The notes under the pieces were generated by a model that worked only from the letters and a program-made list of their open reading frames with translations, had not been told where the DNA came from and searched no databases. A stretch of 64,000 nucleotides of DNA from an uncultured delta proteobacterium (GTDB lineage Bacteria > Myxococcota_A > Polyangia > Polyangiales > Polyangiaceae), in the NCBI GenBank assembly GCA_963850305.1, contig CAWKKR010000008.1, forward strand, positions 1,440,001 through 1,504,000. Reading direction: 5' to 3'. Of this stretch, positions 1 through 9,834 are shown in pieces. How positions within the stretch are numbered: position 1 is the stretch's first letter; each line of letters opens with the position of its first letter. Made by a program: the position numbers and the translations under genes.

Positions 1-2072
1 GCTTCCGGGCTCGCGGCCCCCACCACCTCGTCGAAGGGCACTCCGACACTTGCGGTGACCGCATGAACGACCGCGGGTTGATCTCCGGACAGCACCGCGA
101 GGCGATACCCCATCTCGCGGAGCTTGGTGAGACTCTCTCGAGCGTCGGGCCTCACCGGATCTCCGATGCCCGCGACGGCACGGACTTCGCCGTCGATCGC
201 GAAGAGGACTGGCGTCAGCGAGCGTGCCGCGAGCCGTTCGGTGCGGTCCTGCACCCACGCCGGGATCGACGGAGCGTGCTCGACCACGAACGGTGCGGAG
301 CCAATCACCACGCGTTTACCAGCGACGAGCGCCTCCACGCCGCCGCCGAGAGTCTCTCGCATGAAGTCGGCGACCGGCAACGTTTCCGCCTGGAACGCGG
401 TTCGAAGCGCGCGGGCGATCGGGTGAGCGGAGCCGGATTCCGCCGCAGCGGCCATCGGTTTCACGGACTCGTCGCCCACGAACTCCACGAGCGCCAGTCG
501 GCCCTCGGTCAGAGTTCCCGTCTTGTCGAACACGACGAGCCCGGGTCTCGCGAGGGCCTCGAGAAACTGGCCTCCCTTGATCATCAGACCGCGCCGCGCC
601 GCGCGTCCGAGAGCGGCGGTCACCGCGAGCGGCGTCGCCAGCGCGAGGGCACATGGACACATGATCACCAGCAGAGCCACCGCTCGCTCCACGGCCAGGG
701 CGGGGCTCTTCGACCACAGCGTGACGACGACCAGGGCTGCGGTGACGAGCACGACCATCACGAAGTAGCCCGAGAATCGATTCGCCAGCAGCACGATGGG
801 CGCGCGACGCTCTGCCGCTTCCGCGACACGAGCCACCAGTCGCGCCAGCCGCGTTTCTCGTCCGGTCTTTTCCGCACGCACCAAGAGCCGGCTCGAGACG
901 TTGACCGAACCCGCGTGAACCGCGTCACCGACCGCGACGTCCGCCGGAAGCGACTCGCCCGTCAAGAGAGAGACATCGACGCTCGAAGCTCCTTCCACCA
1001 CTGTTCCATCGACAGGCACTAGGTCACCGGAGCGAACCTCGACGAGCGAGCCTCGAGGCAGCGCGGCCACGGGGACTTCACGGACGAGGCCGCCATCCAA
1101 GAGCCATGCCGTCGATGGCGACAAGGCGTTGAGCGCGTCCTCGGCGCTCGCTGCCTTCCGTTGCTGCCGGTGCTGCAGAAACCGCCCGACGAGCAGCAGG
1201 AATACGAGCATCGTCATCGTATCGAAGTAGAGGTCGCCATGCGAGCGGAACGTGTTCACGACGCCGCTCACGCTCCCCACGACGATGGCGACGCTGATGG
1301 GCAGGTCCATGTGCGGCGTAAGCGTCCGCAGCGCGCCGAGGGCGCCGCGATAGAACACGCTCGCCGACCAGAAGATCGACGGCAAGGCGACGACCATGCT
1401 GCCCCACCGAAAGAGTTCCGCCTGTCCGGGATCCATGCCGGAGGACGTGCCGCAGTAAAGGGCGATGGCGAGCAACATGGCGTTCCCTGCAGCCGCGCCG
1501 GCGACGCCGATGCGCATCAGGAGCGCGCGATCCTCTCTGCGCCGAACCGCGTCGCGGTCCAACCCCTGCAGTGGATGACTCGGGTAGCCGATCGAATCGA
1601 GCCACGCCGCGATCCGCGACAGCTCTACCTCGGCAGGGTCCCAGACGAGGCGGACGACGTCGCGGGATACGTCGAGCCGTGCCTCCGAGACGCCGGGCAG
1701 CGCCGCAGGTGCCTTCTCGATGAGCCACACGCACGAGGCGCAGTGGACATTCTCGAGAAAGAGTTCCGTTCCGAGACGGCCGTCACCGAGCGCGCGGCAA
1801 TGGATGGCAATGAATTCCGGCTCGTCGAGATCGGCGTAGGTCCGCTTCGAGGTTTTCGCCGGCGCGCCGACCGCGCCGGCCGTTTCGCGATACCGGTAAT
1901 AGTCGTCGAGCCTGCAGGCTTTCAGGATCGCGTACACTGACGCGCAGCCTGAGCAGCAGAATCGATGGTCCTGTCCCGGGACAATGGAGAGAACCGGTTG
2001 CCCGCAGTGAGCGCAGGTCGCAAAAGGGAATGCGGTAGTCCGTTCCGGCCCGGCCAGGGTCTCAACGAACAT
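1..2072 (-). CDS. ccoI: Heavy-metal (Cu) P1B-type ATPase CcoI/FixI, 3' end runs off the window
   Basis: Absent from the ORF track (no stop in window). My translation from ATG 2072: MFVETLAG..CAHC..FCCSGC (CcoI-type N-terminus), HCASC, TGES (~960), CPC (~650), FDKTGTLTEG (501-530, in frame with the start), SAHP, LSGD. Lies downstream of ccoGH. Confidence 0.93.
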   Translation of the reverse strand, partial: MFVETLAGPERTTAFPFATCAHCGQPVLSIVPGQDHRFCCSGCASVYAILKACRLDDYYRYRETAGAVGAPAKTSKRTYADLDEPEFIAIHCRALGDGRLGTELFLENVHCASCVWLIEKAPAALPGVSEARLDVSRDVVRLVWDPAEVELSRIAAWLDSIGYPSHPLQGLDRDAVRRREDRALLMRIGVAGAAAGNAMLLAIALYCGTSSGMDPGQAELFRWGSMVVALPSIFWSASVFYRGALGALRTLTPHMDLPISVAIVVGSVSGVVNTFRSHGDLYFDTMTMLVFLLLVGRFLQHRQQRKAASAEDALNALSPSTAWLLDGGLVREVPVAALPRGSLVEVRSGDLVPVDGTVVEGASSVDVSLLTGESLPADVAVGDAVHAGSVNVSSRLLVRAEKTGRETRLARLVARVAEAAERRAPIVLLANRFSGYFVMVVLVTAALVVVTLWSKSPALAVERAVALLVIMCPCALALATPLAVTAALGRAARRGLMIKGGQFLEALARPGLVVFDKTGTLTEGRLALVEFVGDESVKPMAAAAESGSAHPIARALRTAFQAETLPVADFMRETLGGGVEALVAGKRVVIGSAPFVVEHAPSIPAWVQDRTERLAARSLTPVLFAIDGEVRAVAGIGDPVRPDARESLTKLREMGYRLAVLSGDQPAVVHAVTASVGVPFDEVVGAASPE

Positions 2073-2784
2073 GATCTGGGGCCTGCGAACAGCTTGTATC
2101 GGACAGGTGCGGCGAAACGAGAGAAAGGGGGGACCAGCGGCCGAGAAGGCTCGTGAGGCCGAAACCTAGGAGCACAAGGGCGCCAACGAAACCCGCATGC
2201 TTCCGGAGCGGCCGCATCACGAGCGTGGCACCCGCGCCGATGCCCACCACGGCGGGCAACGTCCCGAGCCAGAACGCACCCATCACGATCGCGCCGGGCA
2301 GCGCGCTGCCCATTCCTGCCGAAAGGACGAGAAACGCATGGAGAAACCCGCAAGGAAGCGCGGCGGTGCAGCCGCCGACGACCGCCGACCGGACTACGGG
2401 AGGTTCGTCACGCAGACGCCGGATGAGATTCGCGACAGGAACGTGAATCGGGGTTCGAGCGCCCCACCGGAGACGCGCTCCGGCGGCTTCCAGCATCCGG
2501 GCCATCCCCCAGACAATCATCACGATGCCGGCGACGGCACCAGCGACGTGGCCGACACCGATACGGAGCCCCGCATGATCCACCGTCGAACCAAGCGCTC
2601 CGGCGAGGGTGCCCAGTGCGACGTAGCCGAGTCCGCGCGTCCCGTTGTACGCCGCGATCGCGCCGATGCGACCGCCCTTCTCGGTCCCCGCGGTCGAAAA
2701 CGCGACGAGCCCGCCGCACATCGCCGCGCAATGCATGCTCCCGACGACGCTGGCTGCGATGACCGACGCGACGACCTCGATCAT
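2062..2784 (-). CDS. Sulfite exporter TauE/SafE-like (DsbD_2) membrane protein of cbb3 maturation clusters
   Basis: GSMHCAAMCGG and LPCGFL motifs, multiple TM helices. Start MIEVV at 2784 overlaps the ccoH stop (ATGA). Confidence 0.88.
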   Translation of the reverse strand: MIEVVASVIAASVVGSMHCAAMCGGLVAFSTAGTEKGGRIGAIAAYNGTRGLGYVALGTLAGALGSTVDHAGLRIGVGHVAGAVAGIVMIVWGMARMLEAAGARLRWGARTPIHVPVANLIRRLRDEPPVVRSAVVGGCTAALPCGFLHAFLVLSAGMGSALPGAIVMGAFWLGTLPAVVGIGAGATLVMRPLRKHAGFVGALVLLGFGLTSLLGRWSPLSLVSPHLSDTSCSQAPDHVR

Positions 2785-3287
2785 CGTTCGGGCCCCGACG
2801 GCACGTCGTAGCGGACGACCGCAGTGAAGTGCTCCATCGCCCGGTCGACGGCGAGGGACAGCTCCCACAGACCCGGTCGGTTCATCGGGAGACGTCCGCG
2901 GTAATCACCCGGGGAACTTTCGCTCAGGAGCGATCGAAGGATTCGCGTCGACCGCACGATGGCGAACGCCTCGACGCCAACCTGCGCACCCCGAAGGGGC
3001 GATCCGGCGCGATCGAGCAATCGGACCTCGACGACCGCGCTGCCGCCTCCGTCGGGGATGACGTTCACGTCCGCGCGCCAGCCGAGCCGTGCATTCTCGC
3101 GATCCTGCGTGCGCTGTGCGTCCCACGACATGGCCCTTGCGTAGTATCGATTCTCGACGGCGAACGACGGATCGTTCAGCACGCGCCGGACGAGCAGGAG
3201 CTGGAGGATGACGACCGCGCCGAGGACGACGACCGGAAACAGGGCCCAGCGGGTTTCCGGACGGAGGAGTTGCGCCGTAAACTTCAT
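2781..3287 (-). CDS. ccoH: FixH/CcoH family cbb3 assembly protein
   Basis: N-terminal TM, 'DPSFAVENRYY' motif, Ig-like C-terminus (PGLWEL); position after ccoG. Confidence 0.85.
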   Translation of the reverse strand: MKFTAQLLRPETRWALFPVVVLGAVVILQLLLVRRVLNDPSFAVENRYYARAMSWDAQRTQDRENARLGWRADVNVIPDGGGSAVVEVRLLDRAGSPLRGAQVGVEAFAIVRSTRILRSLLSESSPGDYRGRLPMNRPGLWELSLAVDRAMEHFTAVVRYDVPSGPER

Positions 3288-3288
3288 T

Positions 3289-4662
3289 TCACTGGCCTTC
3301 CGGACCGAGGAGGTCGTAACGGGCGATGCGTTCGAAGCCGGCGCCGTCCGAGATCCGCAAGCGGATCGGGCGAATGCCTCTCGAGAAAGTGTTTCGCGGT
3401 GCGAGAACGAAGAAACCTTCCGTCGCCTGATCGCCGGCCGCGACGTGGAGGGGGTTCTCGGGTGCCACGAGCGTCGTGTCCGGCGCGTCGAGCAGGGACA
3501 TCGAATATTCCGCTCCGTTGCTCGTGCGATTCTGGATCTTGATGCGGATCAGGTTCCGGATGAGCTCTCCTTGTTTCACGAACGGCGTCTCGAGACCCCG
3601 GAGGATCGAAACTTCCGCGATGCGCCGGCTCGAGGCCGTGACGAAGAGGGCCGTCAGCAGCAAACCAAGGACGATCGGATAAAGGACAATGCGGGGGCGG
3701 AGGAGCGCCCGCACGTCGACCGTCCGGCTCGCGAGGGCGTATTCGGACGTGTACCGGATGAGGCCGAGGGGGCGTCGCAGCTTGGCCATGACGCCGTCGC
3801 AGGCGTCCATGCACTGAGTGCAAGCGATGCACTCGAGCTGGAGTCCGTTGCGGATATCGATGCCCGTCGGACAGGTTGCGACGCAGAGGCCGCAGTCGAC
3901 GCAGTCACCGGTCGTCGAGCCCTTCTTGCCGCGGGGCTCTCCTCGATTGGAATCGTAGGCGACCACGAGGGACTTCTTGTCGAGGAGGACCGATTGCAGC
4001 CGCGCGTACGGGCAGACGACGGTGCACATCTGCTCGCGAAAGTAGGTGAAGTCCGCGAAGACGAGCGCGGTCGTGCCGCCCATGACGAGGAATGCCGTCG
4101 GATGTTCGGCAGGGGAGGAGTGCATCCAGTGCGACAGTTCCACGACGCCGACGAAGTACGAGAGAAACAGGTTCCCGACCAGCGCCGCGAGGACGAGGAA
4201 CACGACGTTCTTGAGGATTCGCCGGCCGTTGGCCCCTTCGCGGTCGAGTCTCGCCTGCTCCCTCTGGTCGCCCTCGATGAGCCGTTCGATTGGGCGAAAC
4301 AGGAACTCCATGTAGACCGTCTGCGGACAGCCCCAGCCGCACCAGACGCGCCCCGCAAGCGCCGTCATCAGGAAGATGCCCACGAAGATGGACAGCATCA
4401 TCAACATGAGGAGCACGCCGTCGGTCGGAAGGAACGTCCGGCCGAAGAAAATGAACTGCCAGTGACGGATGTCGAGCAAGACGGCCGGCTTGCCGCCGAC
4501 GTGGAGGAACGGCAACCCCACGAACGTCGCAATGAGGCCCCACGCGGTCGCCAGACGCCGCCTGTAATAGTGGCCGTGGAAGGGCCTTGGACGGATCCAG
4601 CGCCGGGTTCCGTCCCCGTTCAAGGTGGGGAGCACCCGGCCCGGCGCACGCAGTGTGGACAT
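3289..4662 (-). CDS. ccoG: cbb3 accessory protein CcoG/FixG (4Fe-4S membrane protein)
   Basis: GRVWCGWGCPQTVY, EQMCTVVCPYARLQ, CVDCGLCVATCPTGIDIR, CIACTQCMDAC. Confidence 0.96.
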   Translation of the reverse strand: MSTLRAPGRVLPTLNGDGTRRWIRPRPFHGHYYRRRLATAWGLIATFVGLPFLHVGGKPAVLLDIRHWQFIFFGRTFLPTDGVLLMLMMLSIFVGIFLMTALAGRVWCGWGCPQTVYMEFLFRPIERLIEGDQREQARLDREGANGRRILKNVVFLVLAALVGNLFLSYFVGVVELSHWMHSSPAEHPTAFLVMGGTTALVFADFTYFREQMCTVVCPYARLQSVLLDKKSLVVAYDSNRGEPRGKKGSTTGDCVDCGLCVATCPTGIDIRNGLQLECIACTQCMDACDGVMAKLRRPLGLIRYTSEYALASRTVDVRALLRPRIVLYPIVLGLLLTALFVTASSRRIAEVSILRGLETPFVKQGELIRNLIRIKIQNRTSNGAEYSMSLLDAPDTTLVAPENPLHVAAGDQATEGFFVLAPRNTFSRGIRPIRLRISDGAGFERIARYDLLGPEGQ

Positions 4663-4663
4663 C

Positions 4664-5284
4664 CTACTTCCCCGCCGGAGCGGCCGGTGGCGCGACCAGC
4701 GTCCCCTCGGGCGCCTTACCCTCGAGATGCGTGCCCCGGATGGTGCCGACGTAGGCCGCGAGCTTCGCGATCTCGATCGGCGCGAGCACCTTCCCCCACT
4801 CGGGCATTCCCTTCGACGCCACTCCGCCGTTGACGACTCTGTAAATATCCATCAGGCGTCCGCGTCCGTGAATCCAGTAGTCATCCGTGAGATTCGGACC
4901 GATGAGCCCGGCCCCCTTCGGGCCGTGACACTGGACGCAACGCTTCTGGAACATCGCTCGCGCATCCGCCATGACGGCGGCGTTCTTCGTGAGCTTGCCG
5001 AGCGATTGCTCGGAGACGGTCCCCAGATCCCGCTGGGCTGCAGCTTCTCGAGCGACCTGCATTTCCTCGTCGTATGCCTCCACGACGGTCGTCCCTTTCA
5101 TGAACACGTGCATCCAGAGCACGTAACAGATGGCGAAATAGAACGTGCCCCAGTAGATCCATACCCACCAGCGCGGCATGGGATTGTCGTATTCCTGGAT
5201 CCCGTCGTACTCGTGATCGGTGAGCGGGTCCGTCTTCGGGGCGGAATCCGGCCCCACGGCGGGCTCGTGCGTTTGCGTCGTCAT
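4664..5284 (-). CDS. ccoP: cbb3 cytochrome c oxidase subunit III (mono-heme CcoP)
   Basis: HEYDGIQEYDNPMPRWW N-terminus, single CVQCH, GPNLTDDYWIHG, KGMPEW. Start MTTQ at 5284 overlaps the ccoQ stop. Confidence 0.93.
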   Translation of the reverse strand: MTTQTHEPAVGPDSAPKTDPLTDHEYDGIQEYDNPMPRWWVWIYWGTFYFAICYVLWMHVFMKGTTVVEAYDEEMQVAREAAAQRDLGTVSEQSLGKLTKNAAVMADARAMFQKRCVQCHGPKGAGLIGPNLTDDYWIHGRGRLMDIYRVVNGGVASKGMPEWGKVLAPIEIAKLAAYVGTIRGTHLEGKAPEGTLVAPPAAPAGK

Positions 5285-5466
5285 GGTCGGTATCCTTCGT
5301 CGTCCGAGTCGGTCAAAGGGAGCGTGCGCGCGCCCTCCCATTCGTTGCCCCGCTTCCGCGACGCCACCTGAACGAGAACCGCGGCGAACGCGACCAGGAA
5401 GAGCACGAGCGCGATCTCGGGATAGATGGCGAGCCCGGTCGCGCCGACGACCTCCGACAGGTTCAT
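5281..5466 (-). CDS. ccoQ: cbb3 subunit CcoQ
   Basis: 61 aa MNLSEVVG..IALVLFLVAFAAVLVQV..LPLTD, single TM, between ccoO and ccoP. Confidence 0.85.
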   Translation of the reverse strand: MNLSEVVGATGLAIYPEIALVLFLVAFAAVLVQVASRKRGNEWEGARTLPLTDSDDEGYRP

Positions 5467-5467
5467 G

Positions 5468-7690
5468 TCAACGAGCTCCTTCCACGGCAACGACGGGGGT
5501 GCCGGTTTCGGTCGGGGGCACGGCTCTGATGTCCGTTCCGAGGCGTTGCAGGTAGGCGACGAGCGCCACGATCTTCTTGTCGCCGAGCCCCTTCTGGCCG
5601 CCCTGCGCCTCGATCGATGACGCGAGTGCCGTCGCCTGGGCTCGAGCCATGCTCTCGGCATGATTGATGGCGTCTCCATACGGCACGCCGAGCATCGCCA
5701 TGACATCGACCTTTCTCTGGATACCCGTGAAATCCAAGGTGTCCGCGAGTAGCCAGGGGTACTTCGGCATGATGGACCCCGGGGTCATCGCCGCGGGATC
5801 TTCCATGTGACGGACGTGCCAGAGGTCCGGGTACTTACCGCCCACGCGCTGGAGGTCTGGCCCGATCCTCCGCGAGCCCCACTGGAACGGGTGGTCGTAG
5901 ACGAACTCCCCCGGTTTCGAATACTCGCCGTACCGCTCCGTCTCGGCACGGATCGGTCGGATCATCTGCGAGTGGCAGTTGTAGCAACCCTCGCTCACGT
6001 AGATGTCGCGCCCGGCGAGTTCGAGCGGCGTGTACGGCTTCACGGTAGCGATCGTCGGGACGTTCGAGCGGATGAGGAACATCGGGACGATCTCGAACAG
6101 CGAGGCGGTGGCCACGGCGCCCGTGACCCAGAGCGTGAACTTCAGCGGCTTCCGTTCCCAGACACGATGCCAGGCCGCGCGTGCGAAGAACTGAAGCTCG
6201 TAACCGAAATCGAGCATCGTCGGGTGGGCTGGAATGACGACCTTCGGTTCCTCTCCCACCCAGTCGGGCGAGAGGGGCGGCGCCTCGTGCACGACCTCCT
6301 CGTACTTTTCCGGGCGGTCCATCCACGTCATGAGGATGTTGACGAGGCACATCAGAACGCCGCAGAAGTACATCGCGCCGCCGAGCGCTCGAACCCACCA
6401 CATCGGCAAGATGCGAACGGCCGTCTCGATGAAGTCGGGGTAGGCGAGGCGTCCCGTCGAGTCGAAGGCACGCCACATGAGCCCTTGTGTGATCCCCGCG
6501 GCGTAGAGGGCAACGACATAGAACAGGAGACCGAGGGTCCCGATCCAGAAGTGAACCTCGGCGAGCTTCTTCGACCAGAGCTTCGTCTGGAAGAGCCTTG
6601 GCGCGAGCCAGTACAGGAGCCCGAACGTCATGAACCCGTTCCAGCCGAGCGTTCCCGAATGGACGTGAGCGATGGTCCAGTCCGTGTAATGCGAGAGAGC
6701 GTTCACGCTCTTGATGGCGAGCATGGGCCCCTCGAACGTCGCCATGCCATAGAAGGTCACGCCCGCGACGAAGAACTTGAGCACCGGGTCTTCCGCGACC
6801 TTGTTCCAGGCGCCGCGAAGGGTCAGAAGGCCATTGATCATGCCTCCCCACGATGGCATCCAGAGCATCACGCTGAACACCATGCCGAGCGTGGAGGCCC
6901 ACTCGGGAAGCGCCGTGTAGTGCAGGTGGTGCGGGCCTGCCCAGATGTAGATGAACACCAGCGACCAGAAGTGAAGGATGCTGAGCTTGTAGGAATAGAC
7001 GGGCCGGTTCGCCGCCTTGGGCAGGAAGTAGTACATCAGCCCGAGAAATGGAGTCGTCAGGAAAAAGGCCACTGCGTTATGGCCGTACCACCACTGCATC
7101 AGGGCATCCTGCACGCCCGCGTACACGGAGTAGCTCTTCGTGAACGTGACTGGGATGGATAGGTTGTTGAACACGTGAAGGATGGCGACCGTTATGATCG
7201 TCGCGATGTAGAACCAGAGCGCGACGTAGAGGTGCCGTTCGCGCCGCCTGGCGATCGTTCCGAAGAAATTCACGGCGAAGACGATCCAGATCACGGCGAT
7301 GGCGATGTCGATGGGCCACTCGAGCTCGGCGTACTCCTTCGACTGCGTGATGCCGAAGGGTAGAGTCAAGGCAGCGGATACGATGATCGCTTGCCAGCCC
7401 CAGAAGTGGAGCGCGGACAGTTTGTCACTCCACATCCGTGCCTTCAGCAGGCGCTGGCTCGAGTAATAGACGCCGGCGAAGATCGCGTTCCCGGCGAAGG
7501 CGAAGATCGCCGCGTTCGTGTGCAATGGCCGGAGCCGCCCGAACGTGAGATAAGGCTGCGAAAAGGTCAGCCCCGGCATCACCAGTTCGAGCGCCAGGAA
7601 GACGCCGACCAGTGTCGCGACGACGCCCCAGAGGATCGTAGCGACCGCGAACTTGCGGACGATCGCGTCGTCGTAGATGAATCTTTCCAT
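5468..7690 (-). CDS. ccoN: cbb3-type cytochrome c oxidase, fused subunits I and II (CcoNO)
   Basis: FGRLRPLHTN, QWWYGHNAV, WAGPHHLHY, WTIAHVH (CcoN), then EGCYNCHSQMIR and WGSRRIGPDL (CcoO) in one ORF. Start probably MERFIYDD at 7690 (7702 possible). Confidence 0.97.
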   Translation of the reverse strand: MERFIYDDAIVRKFAVATILWGVVATLVGVFLALELVMPGLTFSQPYLTFGRLRPLHTNAAIFAFAGNAIFAGVYYSSQRLLKARMWSDKLSALHFWGWQAIIVSAALTLPFGITQSKEYAELEWPIDIAIAVIWIVFAVNFFGTIARRRERHLYVALWFYIATIITVAILHVFNNLSIPVTFTKSYSVYAGVQDALMQWWYGHNAVAFFLTTPFLGLMYYFLPKAANRPVYSYKLSILHFWSLVFIYIWAGPHHLHYTALPEWASTLGMVFSVMLWMPSWGGMINGLLTLRGAWNKVAEDPVLKFFVAGVTFYGMATFEGPMLAIKSVNALSHYTDWTIAHVHSGTLGWNGFMTFGLLYWLAPRLFQTKLWSKKLAEVHFWIGTLGLLFYVVALYAAGITQGLMWRAFDSTGRLAYPDFIETAVRILPMWWVRALGGAMYFCGVLMCLVNILMTWMDRPEKYEEVVHEAPPLSPDWVGEEPKVVIPAHPTMLDFGYELQFFARAAWHRVWERKPLKFTLWVTGAVATASLFEIVPMFLIRSNVPTIATVKPYTPLELAGRDIYVSEGCYNCHSQMIRPIRAETERYGEYSKPGEFVYDHPFQWGSRRIGPDLQRVGGKYPDLWHVRHMEDPAAMTPGSIMPKYPWLLADTLDFTGIQRKVDVMAMLGVPYGDAINHAESMARAQATALASSIEAQGGQKGLGDKKIVALVAYLQRLGTDIRAVPPTETGTPVVAVEGAR

Positions 7691-7716
7691 GCGCGCGCTC
7701 ATACCCGCCCGCCGCT

Positions 7717-7732
7717 CGCAAGAATCGTGCGA
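7717..7732 (-). promoter_or_regulatory. sigma54-like -24/-12 promoter of the cco operon
   Basis: Minus strand TCGCACG-ATTC-TTGCG against consensus TGGCACG-N4-TTGC; one G of the conserved GG is C. Confidence 0.55.
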
Positions 7733-7772
7733 AGCACTCGCGGCCAAAGTTTTCGGACAGTTCCTGGTCGCG

Positions 7773-7806
7773 ATGCGCCGGTTGCACGCACGCGCACGGC
7801 TTGCGC
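7773..7806. promoter_or_regulatory. Tandem RYGCA-N5-TGCRY enhancer-like boxes
   Basis: ATGCG-CCGGT-TGCAC, 4 nt, then the perfect palindrome GCGCA-CGGCT-TGCGC (7792-7806). Confidence 0.65.
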
Positions 7807-7927
7807 GGGGCGCGGATGACGTCGCGACGACGTCTGCAGCAACGCCACATCATCGAGCCGATGGGATCCGTGCTCGTGCTCCAACCGTGAACTGCGTTCG
7901 CCTACGGCGAAGCGTCACGCTCGTTCC

Positions 7928-8728
7928 TCAAAGCGCCGGCGACTTCTCGCGCGGTTCGACGACCCGTTCGGTGGAGGGCATCGCTGGAAAGACGGATCGG
8001 TTTCGTCCGCCCGATTTCGCCTCGTAGAGCGCCGCGTCGGCCATGGCGCAGAGAGCTCCGCTGGTGGCGTGCTCCGCGTGCGCGATGTCGGCGATTCCGA
8101 TCGAAACCGTCGGTGCTGGAGCGCCCGGGAAGGGTGGCCGTAGCGTCTCGCGTATGCGCTCGGCCAGGCCATGACCCCCAACGCCGTCCACTCCGGGCGC
8201 CAGAACGACGAATTCGTCTCCGCCCCATCTCGCTGCCAGATCGCTTGCGCGGCCCGATGCGGAGAGTGCGTCGGCAACCGTCCGGAGCGCGGCGTCTCCG
8301 GCAGCGTGGCCTTGCCCGTCGTTGATCGCCTTCAGGTGGTCAACGTCGATGAGGAGGAGCGATAGCGGTGAGCCGTAGCGCGCTGCTCGCCTCACCTCCT
8401 CGGCTAGCCGCGTCTCGAAGTGTCGGCGATTCGCGAGGTGTGTCAGGGAATCGGTTTTTGACGACTCCTCGAGCCGGTCGGTTCTCTTTCCGAGAAGTTT
8501 TCCAAGCACGACGAAGACGAGAGCAGTACTCACCGTCAAGTAGCCGTAGGTCAGCATGTCCCCAGCCACGTCCGCCGCGATCCCGTCGATCGACGGCCGC
8601 CCTGAAACGATCTGGCGAATGACAATCAGGCCGGCGGGCGCGCCGAAAGCGAGTAGCACGCCGACGGCCGGGTAAAGTATCGACTTAGGCCACGCGGGCG
8701 GCGGGGACGTGCTCACATCGATCGGCAT
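7928..8728 (-). CDS. Membrane-anchored diguanylate cyclase
   Basis: Two TM helices, DSLTHLANRR, IDVDHLKAINDGQGH, RASD I-site and GGDEF. Confidence 0.93.
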   Translation of the reverse strand: MPIDVSTSPPPAWPKSILYPAVGVLLAFGAPAGLIVIRQIVSGRPSIDGIAADVAGDMLTYGYLTVSTALVFVVLGKLLGKRTDRLEESSKTDSLTHLANRRHFETRLAEEVRRAARYGSPLSLLLIDVDHLKAINDGQGHAAGDAALRTVADALSASGRASDLAARWGGDEFVVLAPGVDGVGGHGLAERIRETLRPPFPGAPAPTVSIGIADIAHAEHATSGALCAMADAALYEAKSGGRNRSVFPAMPSTERVVEPREKSPAL

Positions 8729-8801
8729 CAGCAGGTTTCATACCCGAGGTCGAAGATCGAGCGAGCTTCACGTCTGGCAGTCGGCGGCCCGGGCTTCGTC
8801 G

Positions 8802-8817
8802 TGGCATGCGCTATGCT
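8802..8817 (+). promoter_or_regulatory. sigma54 promoter for CBS-USP-DUF4010 genes
   Basis: TGGCATG-CGCT-ATGCT with GG/GC at the correct 12-bp spacing, ~70 nt before the CBS gene. Confidence 0.6.
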
Positions 8818-8888
8818 AGCTGTGCTTTCCACCTACCAGGCGATGCCTCGATGGCCGCAGGGTCCTCCCCGGTCCCCAGAGGAACACT

Positions 8889-9299
8889 ATGACAGCAAGC
8901 CCTATAACTGCCTACATGGCCCACCACCCCCACACCATCGGCCGTGAACAAACGGTGGCCAAGGCTCACGAGGTGATGAGGAAGTACGGCATCCGTCATC
9001 TGCCCGTTCTGGACGGAGGACGCATCGTCGGGCTCGTTTCCGAGCGTGATCTCTTCGTCGTGGAAGGGCTGCGGGACGTCGATGCCGCACACGTTACGGT
9101 CGAAGAAGCGATGAGCCAGGACCCGTACGTCGTTCCCCCGACGAAGCCGCTCGGCGAGGTGGTACGGGAGATGGCCGCGCACAAGTACGGCTCGGTAATC
9201 GTTGCCAAGGATTCGGCGATCATCGGCGTGTTCACGACGGTGGACGCGCTGAAGGCGTTGAGCGACACGCAGACGTGGGAAGCGCGCCACCCATTCTGA
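8889..9299 (+). CDS. CBS domain protein
   Basis: IRHLPVLDGGRIVGLVSERDL and IGVFTTVDAL tandem CBS motifs; GAGG RBS. Confidence 0.92.
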   Translation: MTASPITAYMAHHPHTIGREQTVAKAHEVMRKYGIRHLPVLDGGRIVGLVSERDLFVVEGLRDVDAAHVTVEEAMSQDPYVVPPTKPLGEVVREMAAHKYGSVIVAKDSAIIGVFTTVDALKALSDTQTWEARHPF

Positions 9300-9393
9300 G
9301 CCCGTGCGCGAAGGCCAGAAACAACTTTTCGACCGGATGAGCGAGCCCCGGCTAACATCTTGCTCTGCGGTGCCGTAGGAGACGGAGGTTTCG

Positions 9394-9834
9394 ATGAAGA
9401 GGATGCTCGTGGCCTTGGACGGTTCTGCTCGAAAGCATGACGTGCTCGGTGCAGCGATTGCGCTGGGGCGCAAGACTGGCGCGAAGCTGGTGCTCTTTCG
9501 CAGCGTTGGGATCCCGAGGGAATTGCCCGAGGAGGCCTATTCCCTTGCGCCCGACGCCGTCCCCGAGCTCCTTCACGCAGCGGCGATGAGAGAGCTCGAA
9601 AGCCTCCAGGTCGACGTTCCGAACGAGCTCCGGGGTCCCCTTCGAGTGCTCATCGGCGCCCCGTGGCAGACGATCGAACGCGTTGCCGTCGAGGAGGATG
9701 TCGATTTGATCGTCATCGGTTCGCACGGCTACGAAGGGGCCGATCGCCTGCTCGGCACGACGGCGGCAAAAGTCGTCAACCACGCAGACCGTGCCGTTCT
9801 CGTCGTTCGAGCTCCAGACCGGCTCAACAGGTGA
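9394..9834 (+). CDS. Universal stress protein
   Basis: MLVALDGS; DLIVIGSHG..DRLLGTTAAKVV; GGAGG RBS. Confidence 0.93.
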   Translation: MKRMLVALDGSARKHDVLGAAIALGRKTGAKLVLFRSVGIPRELPEEAYSLAPDAVPELLHAAAMRELESLQVDVPNELRGPLRVLIGAPWQTIERVAVEEDVDLIVIGSHGYEGADRLLGTTAAKVVNHADRAVLVVRAPDRLNR

